NCBI GenBank assembly: GCA_951406725.2
Contig: OX597826.1
Coordinates: forward strand, 73,284,001 to 73,348,000
Direction of reading: 5' to 3'
DNA: 64,000 bases
From: Octopus vulgaris
Lineage: Eukaryota
This document shows positions 43,863 through 59,378 of this stretch, piece after piece; the stretch's first letter is position 1, and every line of letters starts with the position of its first letter. The notes under the pieces are model-generated. The model saw only the letters and a list, made by a program, of their open reading frames with translations. It was not told the origin of the DNA and made no database searches. Position numbers and translations under genes: made by a program.

Positions 43863-44593
43863 TTGTTGTTATTGATGATGATGATGATGATGATGATGGC
43901 GGTGTTCTTCAGTCGCCATTTTCTTTCATCTATGTTTGGGTTTCTGCGGCTGCTGCTGCTGTTGCCTCTGCTATTATTGTTGTTATTGTTGTTGTTTTTG
44001 TTGTTGTTGTTGTTGTTGTTGTGGTGGTGGTGGTGGTGTTGGTGCCATTTTGTTTGTATTTGCGTTGTTGTTGTTGTTTAGCCCCGAGTCAGACGAGCTT
44101 GAATGACATTCCGTCAGAGGTGAATGACATTCCCTCTATGACCGTACCTTTTTCTCATTTTTCTCCTTATTTTAGGGGTCATCAAGGGTCATAACACATT
44201 TACCTCGTGTTTACTTTCACGTTTTTGCCAGTGAACAGTATGGTGTGATTTGAATGAGATTTGGCTGTTATATCTAGTAGATCGATCAATCGATCGATCG
44301 ATTGATCAGCGACGTAGAGGGCACCCTCGTTGGCTCCTTGCTCATTATTGTTCGTGTTGACGACGTCGATGTGGTGTTGTGTTGGTGTTGTTGTCACGTG
44401 GAGTTCCCTCCATCTTTCTCCCTCTCTCTCCTCCCTCCGCCCCCTCTCTCTCTCTATATATATATGTGTGTCTGTCTGTATATATGTACATGTATATATG
44501 CATATGTGCATCTGTGTGTGTGTCCATATGCCTGATTTTCTGTTTATAATTCTAATTATCTCTATCTTGCCAATCAGTTCTCACTCAACCATT

Positions 44594-44662
<69 letters not shown>

Positions 44663-44764
44663 TTCTCTCTGTCAATTTAGATACACACATACATACACAG
44701 ATTCTCTTCAATATTACTACAGAAGCACGATGTAAACAAGCTGTATTATATTTACATAACTATG

Positions 44765-44906
<142 letters not shown>

Positions 44907-44909
44907 GTG

Positions 44910-45005
<96 letters not shown>

Positions 45006-45550
45006 CATGTGTGTGTATGAGGGAGAAGAGAGGAAAGCGGGGGGGGGGGGTATTTTTGTTTTCGTTGTCTATGCATGAGAAATATAACAGGAGATAAATA
45101 TTGAATTTTAGATTATAAATGTTTTTAGAGATGGATTAAGCCGGATTAAACGATAAGCATGTGTTCCCATCTTTGATAATTATTTGTTTACAAGTTTTAG
45201 TGGAAATAGTTCAAGACGAACGTCAATAGTGGATATGCGTGTGTGTGTGTTTATGTGTGTGTATGTGTTTGTGTGTGTGTGTGTTGTGTGTGTGTGTAAG
45301 TGTGTGTGTGTGTATTTGAGTGTATGTATGTGTGTGTGTGTAAACGCATGGGTGTATGCACTTGTGTATATCTTTACATATATATGTATAAGCGTATTAA
45401 TACATATGTATGTATGTATATGTACGTATGTATATATGTGTGTGTGTGTGTATTATATGTGTGTGTATGCATGATGTGCGACGTATAATACTTTTAATAA
45501 TGTATAAATACGCATTCAAATATTTTACACACACACACACAGACACACAC

Positions 45551-45610
<60 letters not shown>

Positions 45611-45843
45611 GTATGTATATAAACAAATATGTACGTATAAGCGTTTATTCACGCGCGAGAATGTGTATGAACGTTTACACTCACATACACACACATACAC
45701 ACACACGTACGCGCGCGCGCGCACATGCACAAGCAAACGAATACGCGTGCACCAACACGCACAGCAATACGTGAACGTGCACGTTTGTCTCTTCTTGGAT
45801 CTTATCGATCCAGATCCGGTGACAAGCTACGACAGAGCTGAGG

Positions 45844-45873
45844 TGACCCAATTATATCCACGGACCCAATTAC
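45844..45873 (-). promoter_or_regulatory. Tandem ROR/Rev-erb response elements
   Basis: Reverse strand ATAATTGGGTCA (45844-45855, fits WAWNTRGGTCA) and GTAATTGGGTCC (45862-45873) in a unique island. Confidence 0.5.
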
Positions 45874-46202
45874 GACGGACTTGACAGAGCGAATGGAGCT
45901 AAACTTATGACCTCAAGAGTAGATTGACTAATGCCTTATACATATATGTACACACATATACACACACCTTCTCACACATACACACACAAACACACACCTA
46001 CACATACATACACACACACAAACACACAGATACGAGCATATGGTGTCGAAATGATGATGATATTTGGTCGATAATTGATGAGGAGTGGAGTATGTCCACA
46101 TCAATTGTGCGTGTGTTGTTCCTTCCTGTTTCTTTTCTTTTTTTTCGGTACACGTCGTATGTTCCTTTGTGCACCCCACCCTTTTCCATTATTTCTCTGT
46201 GT

Positions 46203-46253
<51 letters not shown>

Positions 46254-46627
46254 TTTGGTCATAGCCTTCAGCTAAAAGAGTTCTTATTTTGGTCGAGTCA
46301 GTCTCTTGCTACTCTGAGTTTCACCTGTTGGCACAGGATATTCAGGTATATTCAGGCATATACTTACGTATATACATATATATATACACACACACATGTA
46401 TATATATATTTATATATATATACAATGTGCATACATATAATATATATGTGTATATATATGGGTATGTATATATATATATATATATGCATGTATGTATGTG
46501 TATATATATATATACATATATATATATATAATATATTTGTGTATATATAAATGAGTATGTATATATATGTATGCATGTATGTATGTATATATATATATGT
46601 ATGTATATATATATGTGTGTGTGTATG

Positions 46628-46708
<81 letters not shown>

Positions 46709-47204
46709 GTCTATGCACTGTCGAGTCTATTTATACAGAACCAGTTGGTGATTCACTCTGTCTGAACTCAGAGCTTTCCGACTCTGGTGCGTAAAACAAT
46801 AAACGATGTTTACCTATATTGTTAACATTGCACAATACTCCCTAACCAGTTTCCACACAGGCTGTGGAAACTGGTTGTGGAACAGTTCTGTTCTATTCAG
46901 TAATGAGTGAGTGGAAACGGTGTGTTGCCGTTGTTTTGTTCAATAATAGTATGGTGTGCAACTTTTGAAAACGGCGAACGATGTTCTTTTAAGTAGGGTG
47001 TATGTGTACTTGCGTGCATGCGTGCGTGCATGTGCGTGTGTGTGTATGTGTGTGTGTGTGTGTGTGTAGAAGGCATTGTTCTATTCAGTAGTGCAGAGTC
47101 TGTAATACATCGCACAGAGTATGCCTAACAGTTATGTAAACAACAGGATGGCTTTCTATTGATAAATAACAACACTGACGGCGGATGTACAGACACAAAA
47201 GCAT

Positions 47205-47510
47205 CCGTACGCACACGCACCTGCACACGCACCTGCACACACACCTGCACACACACATGCACACACATGCACACACACGCACACACACGCACACACCTGC
47301 ACACACACGCACACACCTGCACACACACGCACACACCTGCACATACCAGCACACACACGCACACCCCTGCACATGCACACACACGCACACCCCTGCACAC
47401 ACCTGCACACACACGCACACACCTGCACACACCTGCACATACCAGCACACACACGCACACCCCTGCACATGCACCTGCACACACATCTGCACACACCTGC
47501 ACACACCGCG
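47205..47510. repeat. (CCTGCACACACACGCACACA)-type minisatellite
   Basis: Repeated cctgcacac units. Confidence 0.85.
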
Positions 47511-48028
47511 CTCCCGCGAGCAAGCACGTACTTTCTCACGCCCACACGTACCTTCTCACACATGTACTCACACTCAAAACAGCACACATACACACACGCG
47601 AGCGGGTGCACCTACGCACGCATTTGCACATTCGCATATTGATTTATATACATGCAAACACGCACGAACACACATACACATAGTCACACACATTCAAGTT
47701 AACATCAACGTACATACAGATACATATATACATTCACATACACATTTGCAAGCATGCATTCCTATACACACAATAACACACATACATACATACATACATA
47801 CATACATACATACATACATGCATACATACATACATACATACACACACACATACATACATACATATATACATACATACATACATACATACATACATACATA
47901 CATACATTCATGCATACATACATACATACATACATACATACATACACACATACATACATACATACATACATGCATACATACATACATACATACATACATA
48001 CATACATACATACATACATACATACATA

Positions 48029-48336
48029 CAGTGGCGGACTGAATCTAAAAATATTGGTTGCGGAGAGACTAAGGGGACCCACCCACATTTTAAAGGGGCC
48101 CACCCGCAACTATAATTGCTATCATTTAATTTTTTTTTTTAAGTATTCTTTTCAACTGTCTACAAACTCAGTCAGGCTGAAATAATTAATGCATTCTTCC
48201 AGAAGAGAAGAAAAGAATTCTCAAACTTGAGGGGGTGGGCCCCTTAGATTCTAACATGGGCCCCATAAATGGATTCTAATGGTGCAGGGACCCACTTGCC
48301 ATCGGGCAAGCTGGCAACCTGGCCAGTCTGCCACTG
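48029..48336. mobile_element. hAT-type MITE
   Basis: TIRs CAGTGGCGGACTG ... CAGTCTGCCACTG (12/13 match); imperfect 8-bp flanks catacata / catgcatg within (CATA)n. Confidence 0.75.
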
Positions 48337-49163
48337 CATGCATGCATACATACAAACACACACACACACGTACACGTGCACATACATAATACAAACATAC
48401 ATACATACACACACATATACATACATGCATACATACACATATACATACATACACACACACATACATAAATGCATACATGCATACATACATACATACACAC
48501 ATACATACATACACACACACATACATACATACATGCATACATACATACACACACACATACATACATACACACACACATACATACATACATGCATACATAC
48601 ATACACACATACATACATACATACATACATACATACACACACACACATACACATACACATACATACATACATACATACATGCATACATACATACACACAC
48701 ATACATGCATGCATACATGCGTTCGAGCATTCCTTAACGCACGCTTCTAAATAGACACACACGTTCACATATATAATTACCACTACGTGGATGTGTACAT
48801 ATGTGTAATGTATACACATTACACATATACACAATCACATACGCAGTCACATTCCTTTTCATGCAAGTTCATATATATACAAACGTGTATATATATGGAT
48901 CCATTATCGTTTTCAACGCTGACCATTCCAGACAATGTCAACTGAACAACTTGCTGACTATAGATAGACAGACAGACAGACAGGCAGGCAGACAGGCAGG
49001 CAGGCAGACAGGCAGGCAGACAGGCAGGCAGACAGGCAGGCAGGCAGGCAGACAGACAGGCAGGCAGACAGGCAGGCAGACAGGCAGGAAGACAGGCAGA
49101 TAGACAGACAGACAGACACACAGACAGACAGATAGGTAGGTAGGTAGGTAGGATAGATAGATC

Positions 49164-49294
<131 letters not shown>

Positions 49295-49442
49295 GATAGA
49301 TAGGTAGATAGATTGATAGATAGATAGACAGACAGACAAACAGAAAGATAGACGGATGGATAGACAGATAGATAGATATGCATACAGACACAAAGACACA
49401 CATACATACATGCATACATATATATATATATATACATATATA

Positions 49443-49508
<66 letters not shown>

Positions 49509-49829
49509 CATATATATATACATATATATACATATATATACATATATATATATATACATATATATATGTATATCTGTGTGTGTGTGTGTGTGTGTATCAT
49601 CTATAAACAATTGAATAATGGAGTTGCATGTATTCCATTTATTCCACGGTCTGTAATTGTTTCAATGCTGTGTGGATGACAAACCAAGCAACATACATGA
49701 AATACTTGGGTGAAAGCAATCATAGTGCCACATCGATTATATAACGTGTATTACATAATGATCGACCCCAAAGTCATTTACTCATAACCCGGTGAATAAA
49801 CGAAACATGAAAAAATTCGTATCTATATT

Positions 49830-49874
<45 letters not shown>

Positions 49875-50337
49875 ATGTGCGCGCGCGTGTGTTTAGTTTT
49901 AAAGAATATTCAATGAACAAGTCTGACTCTGATAACACGCTATGAAAAAGCACTCAACGCAGCTTAGCGGAGTGAATCGTATAATCTAGTTATAAAGTTA
50001 AATGCTTCACATTTTCATTTGCGTGCAGAGTTTCACGTGTTTTAATGCTTGAAGATCTTCTGCGACAGAGAACCATGTATTTTCCATGTGAAGTGTTTCC
50101 TGGTGTTGTTTTACTACTGCTGTACGTCTTCATCATCATAGGCGGCCCCGCGACGAGGAGACACTACATATATTACTTGCTTCAGTGATTTGACTGCGGC
50201 CATACCGGTGCACCATTTTGAAGGGTTTAATCGAACAAACTGGCCCCAAAACTATTTGTTTGAAGCTGACGATTACTACTCAGAAATTTTCTTTTCTTAC
50301 GAGTTTTCATGTGACAGATTAGATAGATAGATGGATG

Positions 50338-50492
<155 letters not shown>

Positions 50493-51073
50493 GAAAGTAG
50501 ATAGATAGATAGGGAGGTAGGCTGATAGATAGAAAGATAGATAGATAGATGTGTGTATACGTGCGTATGCACACACACACACACACACTTATATTTATAT
50601 GATTAATGTTGACAGCAGTTTGCAATGTTTCACCAAAAAGGAAAACTATATTCGCCACTAAATGTGACTAGGGTGTTAAATACACCTAGATTGCAGGAAA
50701 TAAAGGCTAAAATGCACTAACGATGTAACCAAAGCACATGATTGTATACATATATACTGATAAGGATCGTAATCGTCCGAAAACACCTTATATTGACAGT
50801 CAGTTTCCGCAATTTCCGTTGCCTCATCAGTAAAGATAGGCTCGACTTCGGCAGATTCCGGACTTAATTCTCTATCAGTATATATGATTTCATCATAGAA
50901 ATCTAGGGATGGTTTAGCGAATCGCTAATGTGTGTACAGGGAATTGATGTAGACAGTAGTTTGTCGTGTTTCGCCAAGGAAAAACAAGCCAAAATGCTCT
51001 AATGCTGTAGTCAAAGCACGCACGCACACTTTTTCTCTCTCCCTCTCTCTCTTTCTCTCTCCCTATCTCTCTT

Positions 51074-51143
<70 letters not shown>

Positions 51144-51543
51144 TCTCATTTTCCTCGTGGGATGTCTTCGGCGATGATGCCAAAATTTGATTTTTCCTTG
51201 ATTTTTTCGAGTGAGGTCGTAGATTTTACAATATAAACCCTGTTGCATTTTGTAGGACGTGTTAGTTTTCTTCTCTTTCTGGACCTTAGCCTTCAGGCAT
51301 AGGCCCTATTTTGACACTTAGGCAATGGGACTGAGTCACGTGACTTCAGAACATATCCATTCACCGACAGATCTGCGTATCAAGAGGCTAGCCCTCCCTC
51401 AAATCCCGTATGTCTTAGCCATGCGACCATTATCTACTGTTTGACCTATAACGAGGGAGCAGGGCTTGAATGATGCTACCCCTCGGGGCTTAGAGCCGAC
51501 TTGGGAATAGTAGTAAACCCAAGCTCTTCAAAAATCACGAACA

Positions 51544-51930
51544 TAGGCCTGGCCGTGTGGTAAGAAGCTTGCTTACCAACTACATGGTTCTGGGTTCAGT
51601 CCCACTGCGTGGTCCCTTGGGCAAGAGTCTTCTACTATAGCCTCGGGCCGACCAAAGCTTTGTGAGTGAATTTAGTAAAGGAAACTGGAAGAAGCCCGTC
51701 GTAAATGTGTGTGTGCGTGCGTCTGTATGTCTGTCCCCCACCACCGCTTCACGACTGGCATTGGTATATTTACGTCCCCCGTTATCTAGCGGTTCGGCAA
51801 AAGGGACCGATAGAATAAGTACTATGTTTTAAAATAAAAGTACTGGAGTCAATTTATTCGACAAAAAATTCTTCAATTCGTTGCCCCAGCATGGCCGCAG
51901 TCTAATAACTGGAACAAGTAAAAGATAAAG
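51544..51930 (+). mobile_element. SINE family A, older full-length copy
   Basis: Collinear with 35215-35629. Confidence 0.85.
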
Positions 51931-52094
51931 GATCTAAGCTGGAGCCCTACTACTGGATGCAGTTTAATATCTTTAATATCTCGTCCAGATTCATAACAAA
52001 TTCCTTCTTAGTAAACGCTTAAAATCACTCCGGTGTCGTAAACACACAAAGAAAAGCTTGATTAAAAACATTGATCTGAAACTCCGTCGATATC

Positions 52095-52370
52095 GACGAC
52101 GAGTATTCCAGTTGATCTGATCAATGGAAAGGCCTGCTCAAGAAATTAATGTTCAAGTGGGTGAGCACTCCACAGATATGCGTACCTTTAATATAGTTCT
52201 CAGGGAGATTCAACGTGACACAGAGTGTGACAAAAAACGGTCCTTTGAATTACACGTACAACTCATTTTCGGTCAGTTGAGTGAACTGGAACAATGTGAA
52301 ATAAAGTGTCTTGCTCAAGGACACATGGATCCAACGAGGATCGAACTCATGAACTGAATAGCCAAACCAT
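52095..52370 (-). mobile_element. SINE family C related copy
   Basis: acgacgagtattccagttgatctgatcaatggaa...gagattcaacgtgacacagag matches 2535-2802. Confidence 0.75.
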
Positions 52371-53233
52371 TCTGCCGTCCGCCTTAAAAACATCACGTAA
52401 ACCCAAACGAATAACATAGCATTATGAAACCGCTTCCATCTGAGCTTGTGACACACGTTTCTCATTGCACAGCCACTTACCCACTTACCTTCCTTTTTTA
52501 TCTCCGTTTCGTTCTTAGCTTTTAAAAACACACAAACAAGGAATTTTGAACTAAAAACTCAATTCCCATTTGCTGAATATATTTTGTTTTTAAATCCAAA
52601 AACAGCCTCAATACTTTTGGCTGAATGTCGTCTCCGGTTGGTTGTTTACTTCAATAGGTGATGTCTTCTATATATTTGATGGTTGTGAATCATATATTTA
52701 TATATAGTTTATCTTATATATTTGATGGTGGACGATCCAGCTTTCCATTGAACTGTGAAGGTCCTGCTCTTGAGATAAGGTGACTTAGCATTCCACAGAC
52801 TTTTGTACTTTTAACATCATTTTCAGAATTGGTGTAACACTGTGTATGAGAAAGCTGTAACCATAGAGTTATCCGGCAGGATTCCGTACAGTCTCATTCT
52901 ATCCAACTTCCCCTTACAAGTTATAAAAAGATCTGAACCCATAGAAGATATTTGCTCAAGATGTCACTCAAGGCAATTGAAACTAGAACATCGAGGTTGC
53001 AAAGCGAACTTCTTTAACCATACAACCATACTGCGCCTCTTTCTCTCTCCCCCTCTGTTCCTTCCTCCCTCTCCCCCCTTCTCTCTCTCTCTCTCTCTGT
53101 AGGTGTGCATGGAAATATATATATTTAGATATAAATAAGCATATATATATATATATATATTTGTGTGTGTGTGTGTGTGTGTGTTTGTAGATAGATAAAT
53201 AGACAGATAGATAGACACATAGACAGACAGAGT

Positions 53234-53332
<99 letters not shown>

Positions 53333-53467
53333 TTGTGTATAAACAATTTTAAGAACGTTTTATCTTAGATTTACTTAAATTGATTTTAAAGTGGTTTTGA
53401 GGAGAAAAAACATGTGTTTTTATGCACATAAATACAATATATCTTGTAACTAAGTCCGAAATCATAT

Positions 53468-53553
<86 letters not shown>

Positions 53554-53562
53554 GTATATATA

Positions 53563-53595
<33 letters not shown>

Positions 53596-53905
53596 TTTTG
53601 TGTGTATGTATAGCAACACTATATTAATCTTGAATGGAAAATAAATTAAACTTGCTATACAGCTGGAAAGAAATACCGTGCGTTGGTATGGGCGAATACG
53701 AACCAGTACATGCAGACAAAGTAAATATATTGGTAAAAACAGGTACAAAGCAAGCAGCAAAGTACAATAAAGGCGAATTAATTCCTATAGACACGGCAGA
53801 TGCAGACAATGCAAACATTTCAACGAATAACGATAAAAAAAAAAGATTGAATGCATTCTAATAGAAACCACCATAAGTACTCCAGTGAACAAATATATAT
53901 ATATA

Positions 53906-53969
<64 letters not shown>

Positions 53970-54296
53970 ATATGTTGTAAATAAGTGAAGTAGAATAAAG
54001 GCAAAAAAAGTAACAGTAATAATAATATCGTAAACGTTTAATCGCCATCTGCAAAACCTAGAGAATCATCGTCTTCAGAACAAAACATACCGTCGTCTTC
54101 GAAGCCAGAAAATTTCTTCTTCTCGTTGCTTGGCTTCCTTGTTATTCGCTTTATCAGTGGAAATATCTGCAACCAGATGTAGGTCAGCCATACTTTCTCC
54201 GAAATGTAGTGTCGTCCTCATTCTCATCAAAGGCGTTTGTAATATTCCATCTTTTAACTCTTTGTCTTTAATTTTACCGTAGTGCCACTCTCTCGC

Positions 54297-54361
<65 letters not shown>

Positions 54362-54531
54362 CTTTCTCTATCTCTCTCATTCTCTCACTCTTCGCAATAT
54401 ATCTAATTAACAATCTTATACGGTTAATTATGCTGAAGATTTCATAAGAGGGTGAAATAGTATTGTATATGATTATTACTAACTAGAAAGTTTATGAACT
54501 TCACCATAGATATTAAATGAATTATTTGAAT

Positions 54532-54573
<42 letters not shown>

Positions 54574-54699
54574 TGTGTCTTGCGTGCGCATGCGCGCTTT
54601 CGTATGCGTGCGAACATTTTGCATTCTTTTCACATTCCTTGATTTCAAGTTCGAATTTCTGATCCCGGTTTACATTTTGAGGAGATAGTTACCTCCCTT

Positions 54700-55900
54700 T
54701 GTGTTAACGGTTAAGCTGGTGGCGCCACGCCTGTACTTTTGAAGTTGTTTCACAACTCTTTCTTCTTTTACGATATTTCAAGGAATTGTTATCCACTCAT
54801 GTACCTGTCTTCAGAACCTCAAGTCACTTGTTCTGCTCTTCCCTCATTAATGCTTTCAATGGCTCCTTGGTTGTCATATCTAAAGACACATCAATAGTAT
54901 TCAGACCACCTATTATTACATTAGTCCCCTCTGTTGTCTATCTTTCCTTTTAAAATAATGAGTCATATCAGTCCAAACTGCTCCCTATGTCTATCAACAA
55001 TATCAGTCCTCCCTCATCTACTCAGCGCCTTCCCTTTAACAATAAGACAGTTGCCACCAATGCAATATGATAAAACAACTGTGTCGTCTGCCTTTTCATG
55101 GCCACATATTTTAGTAGTCATGGATGTAATACATTTGAATTCATGCAACTTTGTTTCATGGCGCATTATCTATATTTGCTATCTATGAACATTCATAATT
55201 TTATTCTTTTCTTGCATTAATCACATGTGAAACTCAACGATTTTATATTTGTATTCAGTGAAAGTTGTTTGTGCTGTTCTACTAACCTTCATACAAAAAG
55301 ATGATTATTTCTGCTCATAAATCCGAAGAAACAAGATGTTGTTTCTCTCAAATCATCGATATTTGTTTGATGGTATTACTTTGGATGTTGGATAATCATG
55401 TCAGGTTTTTTTGGTCTACCACCTACGAATTTGTTTTTCTTTTTCTGGCTATTTGACAATTCTCTTACGGAGGCAATATTTACTATATCCAGTACTTTTC
55501 AGTTGTTACTCCTATTTCTTTCAAGGCCTTACCACTTTATCAGATGCTAGAAAACAAAAGTATTGTGCATGAACCTACAGCCATGTTCTTTTGCAAACGC
55601 GTTTTCATTGCTTGTGAACAATGGATTTTGAACTCTGTATGAATTTCAACGTAAATGAAAACTGTTTAATTCGACAGGATTCTTTAATAACCCACCAGGA
55701 TGTCTGTGTCGACTCTTATCTATCTAACATTTCAGTCCAATCTCATCCACCCAGCCTTTTAGATCGACATCAACCTAAACTCCGTTTAGAAAGGTCAAGT
55801 GAATACTGGCTTCAGGTGTTAAAGTAAGTAACACAAACAAAAAGGGGTCCTATTACAACACGTACATTCCATGAAGGGTTAGTTTTAGCATTATTTATAA
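54700..55900 (-). mobile_element. Highly decayed Penelope-like RT region
   Basis: Minus-strand remnants in the expected order: LASDK (cf. ADKT), KIVEFH (cf. FDIVEFYPSI), FYHIALV..GAV (cf. FDITMG..GAE), LNTIDVSLDMTT (cf. VNFLDVTLDL). Confidence 0.4.
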
Positions 55901-56094
55901 AATATGGTATTTGTAATACCTTGATGATACTGCAGACGGTATGTTTTTCAAACAAAATATTGTTGATGCTGATCCCATTGCAAACATATCCACCGATAAA
56001 AAGAATAATATCGATGCCAGTAGCGAGAAATTTCATGCCTCAGTGAGTTGGTATGCCAAGGTCTAACGATGACGAATTTCGAAATTACATTCTT

Positions 56095-56328
56095 TTATCT
56101 TTTGCTTGTTTCGGTCATTAGACTTCGGCAATACTGGGGCATCGCCTTGGAAGAATCTTAGTCGAACGAATCAACCCAAGTGTTTATTTTAAATCTGGTA
56201 CTTATTCTATCGGTCTCTTTAACCTAACCGCTAACTTACGGGGACATAAGTATACCATCTGTTATCAAGTGGTGGTCACACACATGCACACACACATACA
56301 TATATACTTTTATATATACACACACACA

Positions 56329-56406
<78 letters not shown>

Positions 56407-56530
56407 CGGCTTCTTTCAGTTTCCGTCTACCAAATCCACTCGCAAGGCTTTGGTTGTCCCTAGGATATAGTAGAAGACACTTGCCCAAGGTGCCTCGCAG
56501 CGGGAACGAACCCGAAACCATGGTGGTTAA
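56095..56530 (-). mobile_element. SINE family A copy
   Basis: Reverse of family A with internal (TA)n. Confidence 0.85.
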
Positions 56531-57118
56531 CTAAATGTTCATGGTACTTCTTTTCTATACGTTTTTTTTTCTCTCTTACATTTATCGTACGTTACCGCTT
56601 ACTATCTATTCGCTGAAATATCTTAACACAACTCTGCTTCAAAGCAGCGCAGTTGTGTGTGTGTGTGTGTGTGAGCGCGCGAGAGAGAGAGAGAGAGAGA
56701 GAGAGAGCGGGGGGTGGGATTTCTTTATAGTTTCGTTAAGAGAATCACCAAAACGATGTGAGACTCATATTTTCCTCTGTGATGTTTTATGTTGCTGCGA
56801 TCTGCCAACATTGTGTAAAACCATTCGCCATTGTTCCGTTGTCAAGTATTTGCAATGTGACTGACTGGCGACTGGTTCTGTCAACATTCCTTTAATATTT
56901 CAAAGAACACATTTTTTCTTTCTTTTTTTTTTTTTTGCATTCACTGTGAGATAATAAACAAATGTCTCTTAAAGGGAGCACCGTTGGTAAATAATGTAAA
57001 GCGTATATCGGATGTGGGTTACATACTACAGGCAGGGTGAGTTTGGACAGCCGTGCCTTACACGCCGGGAAATACAACACACCGTGTATTTATCTGTATA
57101 TGTATTTATATATGTATG

Positions 57119-57179
<61 letters not shown>

Positions 57180-57223
57180 GTGTGTGTGTATGTATATGTT
57201 TGTGTGTCTGTGTCTGTGTGTCT

Positions 57224-57290
<67 letters not shown>

Positions 57291-57342
57291 TATATTATAT
57301 TATATTATATTATATTATATTATATTATCTATATGCATGTGA

Positions 57343-57735
57343 AGGCACATACCTCAGTGGGTAGAGCGTCGAAGTCACAATCATGAGGTAATGAGTTCGA
57401 TTTCCAGACCGGGCTCTGTGTTGTTTCCTTGAGCAAGACGCTTTGTTTCACGTTGCTCCAGTTCACTCAACTGACCGAAAATGAGTTGTACGTGTAATTC
57501 AAAGGACCTGTCTCGTCACATTTAGTGTCACGTTGAATCTCCCTGGTGCCAAGCTGCATCGACCTTTGCCTTTCCCTTGGATTACCTCAGTAACATGCAG
57601 AGGGGAGACTGGTATGCATGGGCGACTGCTGGTCTTCCATAAACAACCTTGCCCGAACTTGTGCCTCGGTGGGTAACTTTCAAGGTGCAATCACATGGTC
57701 TGTTTCGTGACCGAATGGGGTCATTACTCTTACCT
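57343..57735 (+). mobile_element. SINE family C head joined to a different 3' segment
   Basis: ctcagtgggtagagcg...gagttcgattt head and cttgagcaagacgctt..ttcacgttgctccagttcactca body as in 35940-36197. Confidence 0.75.
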
Positions 57736-57823
57736 CCCATGTGTATATACATACATACATGCATACATACATACATACATACATACATACACACATACAT
57801 ACATACATATACATATACATATA

Positions 57824-57867
<44 letters not shown>

Positions 57868-57874
<7 letters not shown>

Positions 57875-58135
57875 AAAATATATGCATACATACAAACATA
57901 TATGTACGTACCTACATCTACATGTATATATACATGCATATATAAATAATTATACGTGAGTACAGGACATCACAATAAGACGTAGAAACGGAAAAAAACC
58001 CAAAAACAAAAAACAAGAAAACGAAAAACGAAAAACAAGAAAACGAAAAACAATTACAGGACGAGCTACACAAGGACAAAACCCCCGTCATCAGCTGTCG
58101 CTAGTGGAGTCAGGCATGTTTCGAAGGCATATACA
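57868..58135 (-). mobile_element. Interspersed repeat family D
   Basis: Inverse of 22880-23165. Confidence 0.75.
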
Positions 58136-58167
58136 GAACACTATATGTATATATATATATATACGTA

Positions 58168-58270
<103 letters not shown>

Positions 58271-58289
58271 GTATATACGTGGATATGTA

Positions 58290-58425
58290 TTTATTACTCT
58301 TTAATAAGAATAGTTAATCACAGCGACTTCGAAGTTTCGACCAGCCAGCCCTTCAGTCGATGGCTCAGATGGCCAATTCTTCGAAGTCACTGTCAATAAT
58401 ATTCGTCTTTAAGAAATAATAAATT
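58290..58425. mobile_element. Decayed inverted-repeat element with hammerhead remnants
   Basis: Arms ending cagcgacttcgaag / cttcgaagtcactg; reverse strand CTGAAGG...C-GAAA-CTTCGAAG-TC. Confidence 0.5.
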
Positions 58426-58585
58426 TGTAATCTACAAAAGTATGGAGTAACCCTTCAGGTTAATGTAAAACTGTTTTTATTATAACTGAACATGAAAACA
58501 AACACTAATACATATATGTATATATGTCTATATGTAAAGGGAAAGTTTACGAAAATGTGTATGTACGTATTTGTGTGTGTGTGTG

Positions 58586-58636
<51 letters not shown>

Positions 58637-59286
58637 TCGTGTGTGTGTGTAAGAGGCCTCATAAGACCTCATAAACACTAATCTGAGACACAGCAGATGC
58701 GCAGGCTCCAGCAGATCGCGCATCTATCACTTAACGACTACATTAAAGGCTGCCTGTCAGTCACAACCTCTTTCTGTTCGACTGATTCGCTTTCTAATAA
58801 TAGGTATTTCTGTTTTTTACAGCTGTGTTTTTTTGTTTTTTTTTATATTCCCAATACATTATAGAACCGCCGATAGTGCGTACAAAATAATTACTCACTA
58901 AGAAGAATATATTTTCCAATTTCTTTCTGAAAGAATTTCAGAGCATGATTGTCTAACAATTGAAAGTTAACGGTTATGACGTTGTTAGTTTTTGCAGTTT
59001 AAATTGTTTATTTATTGCAGTCATTATCGGGAATGAATTACTTAGTGACGATCATCTGGTAATTACTGTACGAGAAAAATTATGTTACACACCATTCGGC
59101 AGAGAAATTAATGTTATTTTACAAAATCAATCTCAACCTTGCTCTGTGAATTGTCACACCATCATTATTACGGAGCAATCCAAGAAATAATTCTGTACAG
59201 AGATTTAATTCACGTGTTATAATGGCTTGTTATCTGATTTTCTTTACATTTATAAGTATGTGTGCGTATGAATGTATGAATGCATT

Positions 59287-59326
<40 letters not shown>

Positions 59327-59378
59327 GTGTAGGAAGAAATGGAGCTGAACGAAGATTTAACAAAATTCCTTTTTATTA

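Noticed and set aside
50790-50835. Minus-strand CTGATGA-GGCAA..TTGCG-GAAA..GTC
   Set aside because: First stem II pair and stem I are mismatched; at most a decayed hammerhead.
53634-53861. 75-aa non-repetitive ORF between TA tracts
   Set aside because: TTG start, no recognisable motif, no clear splice sites.
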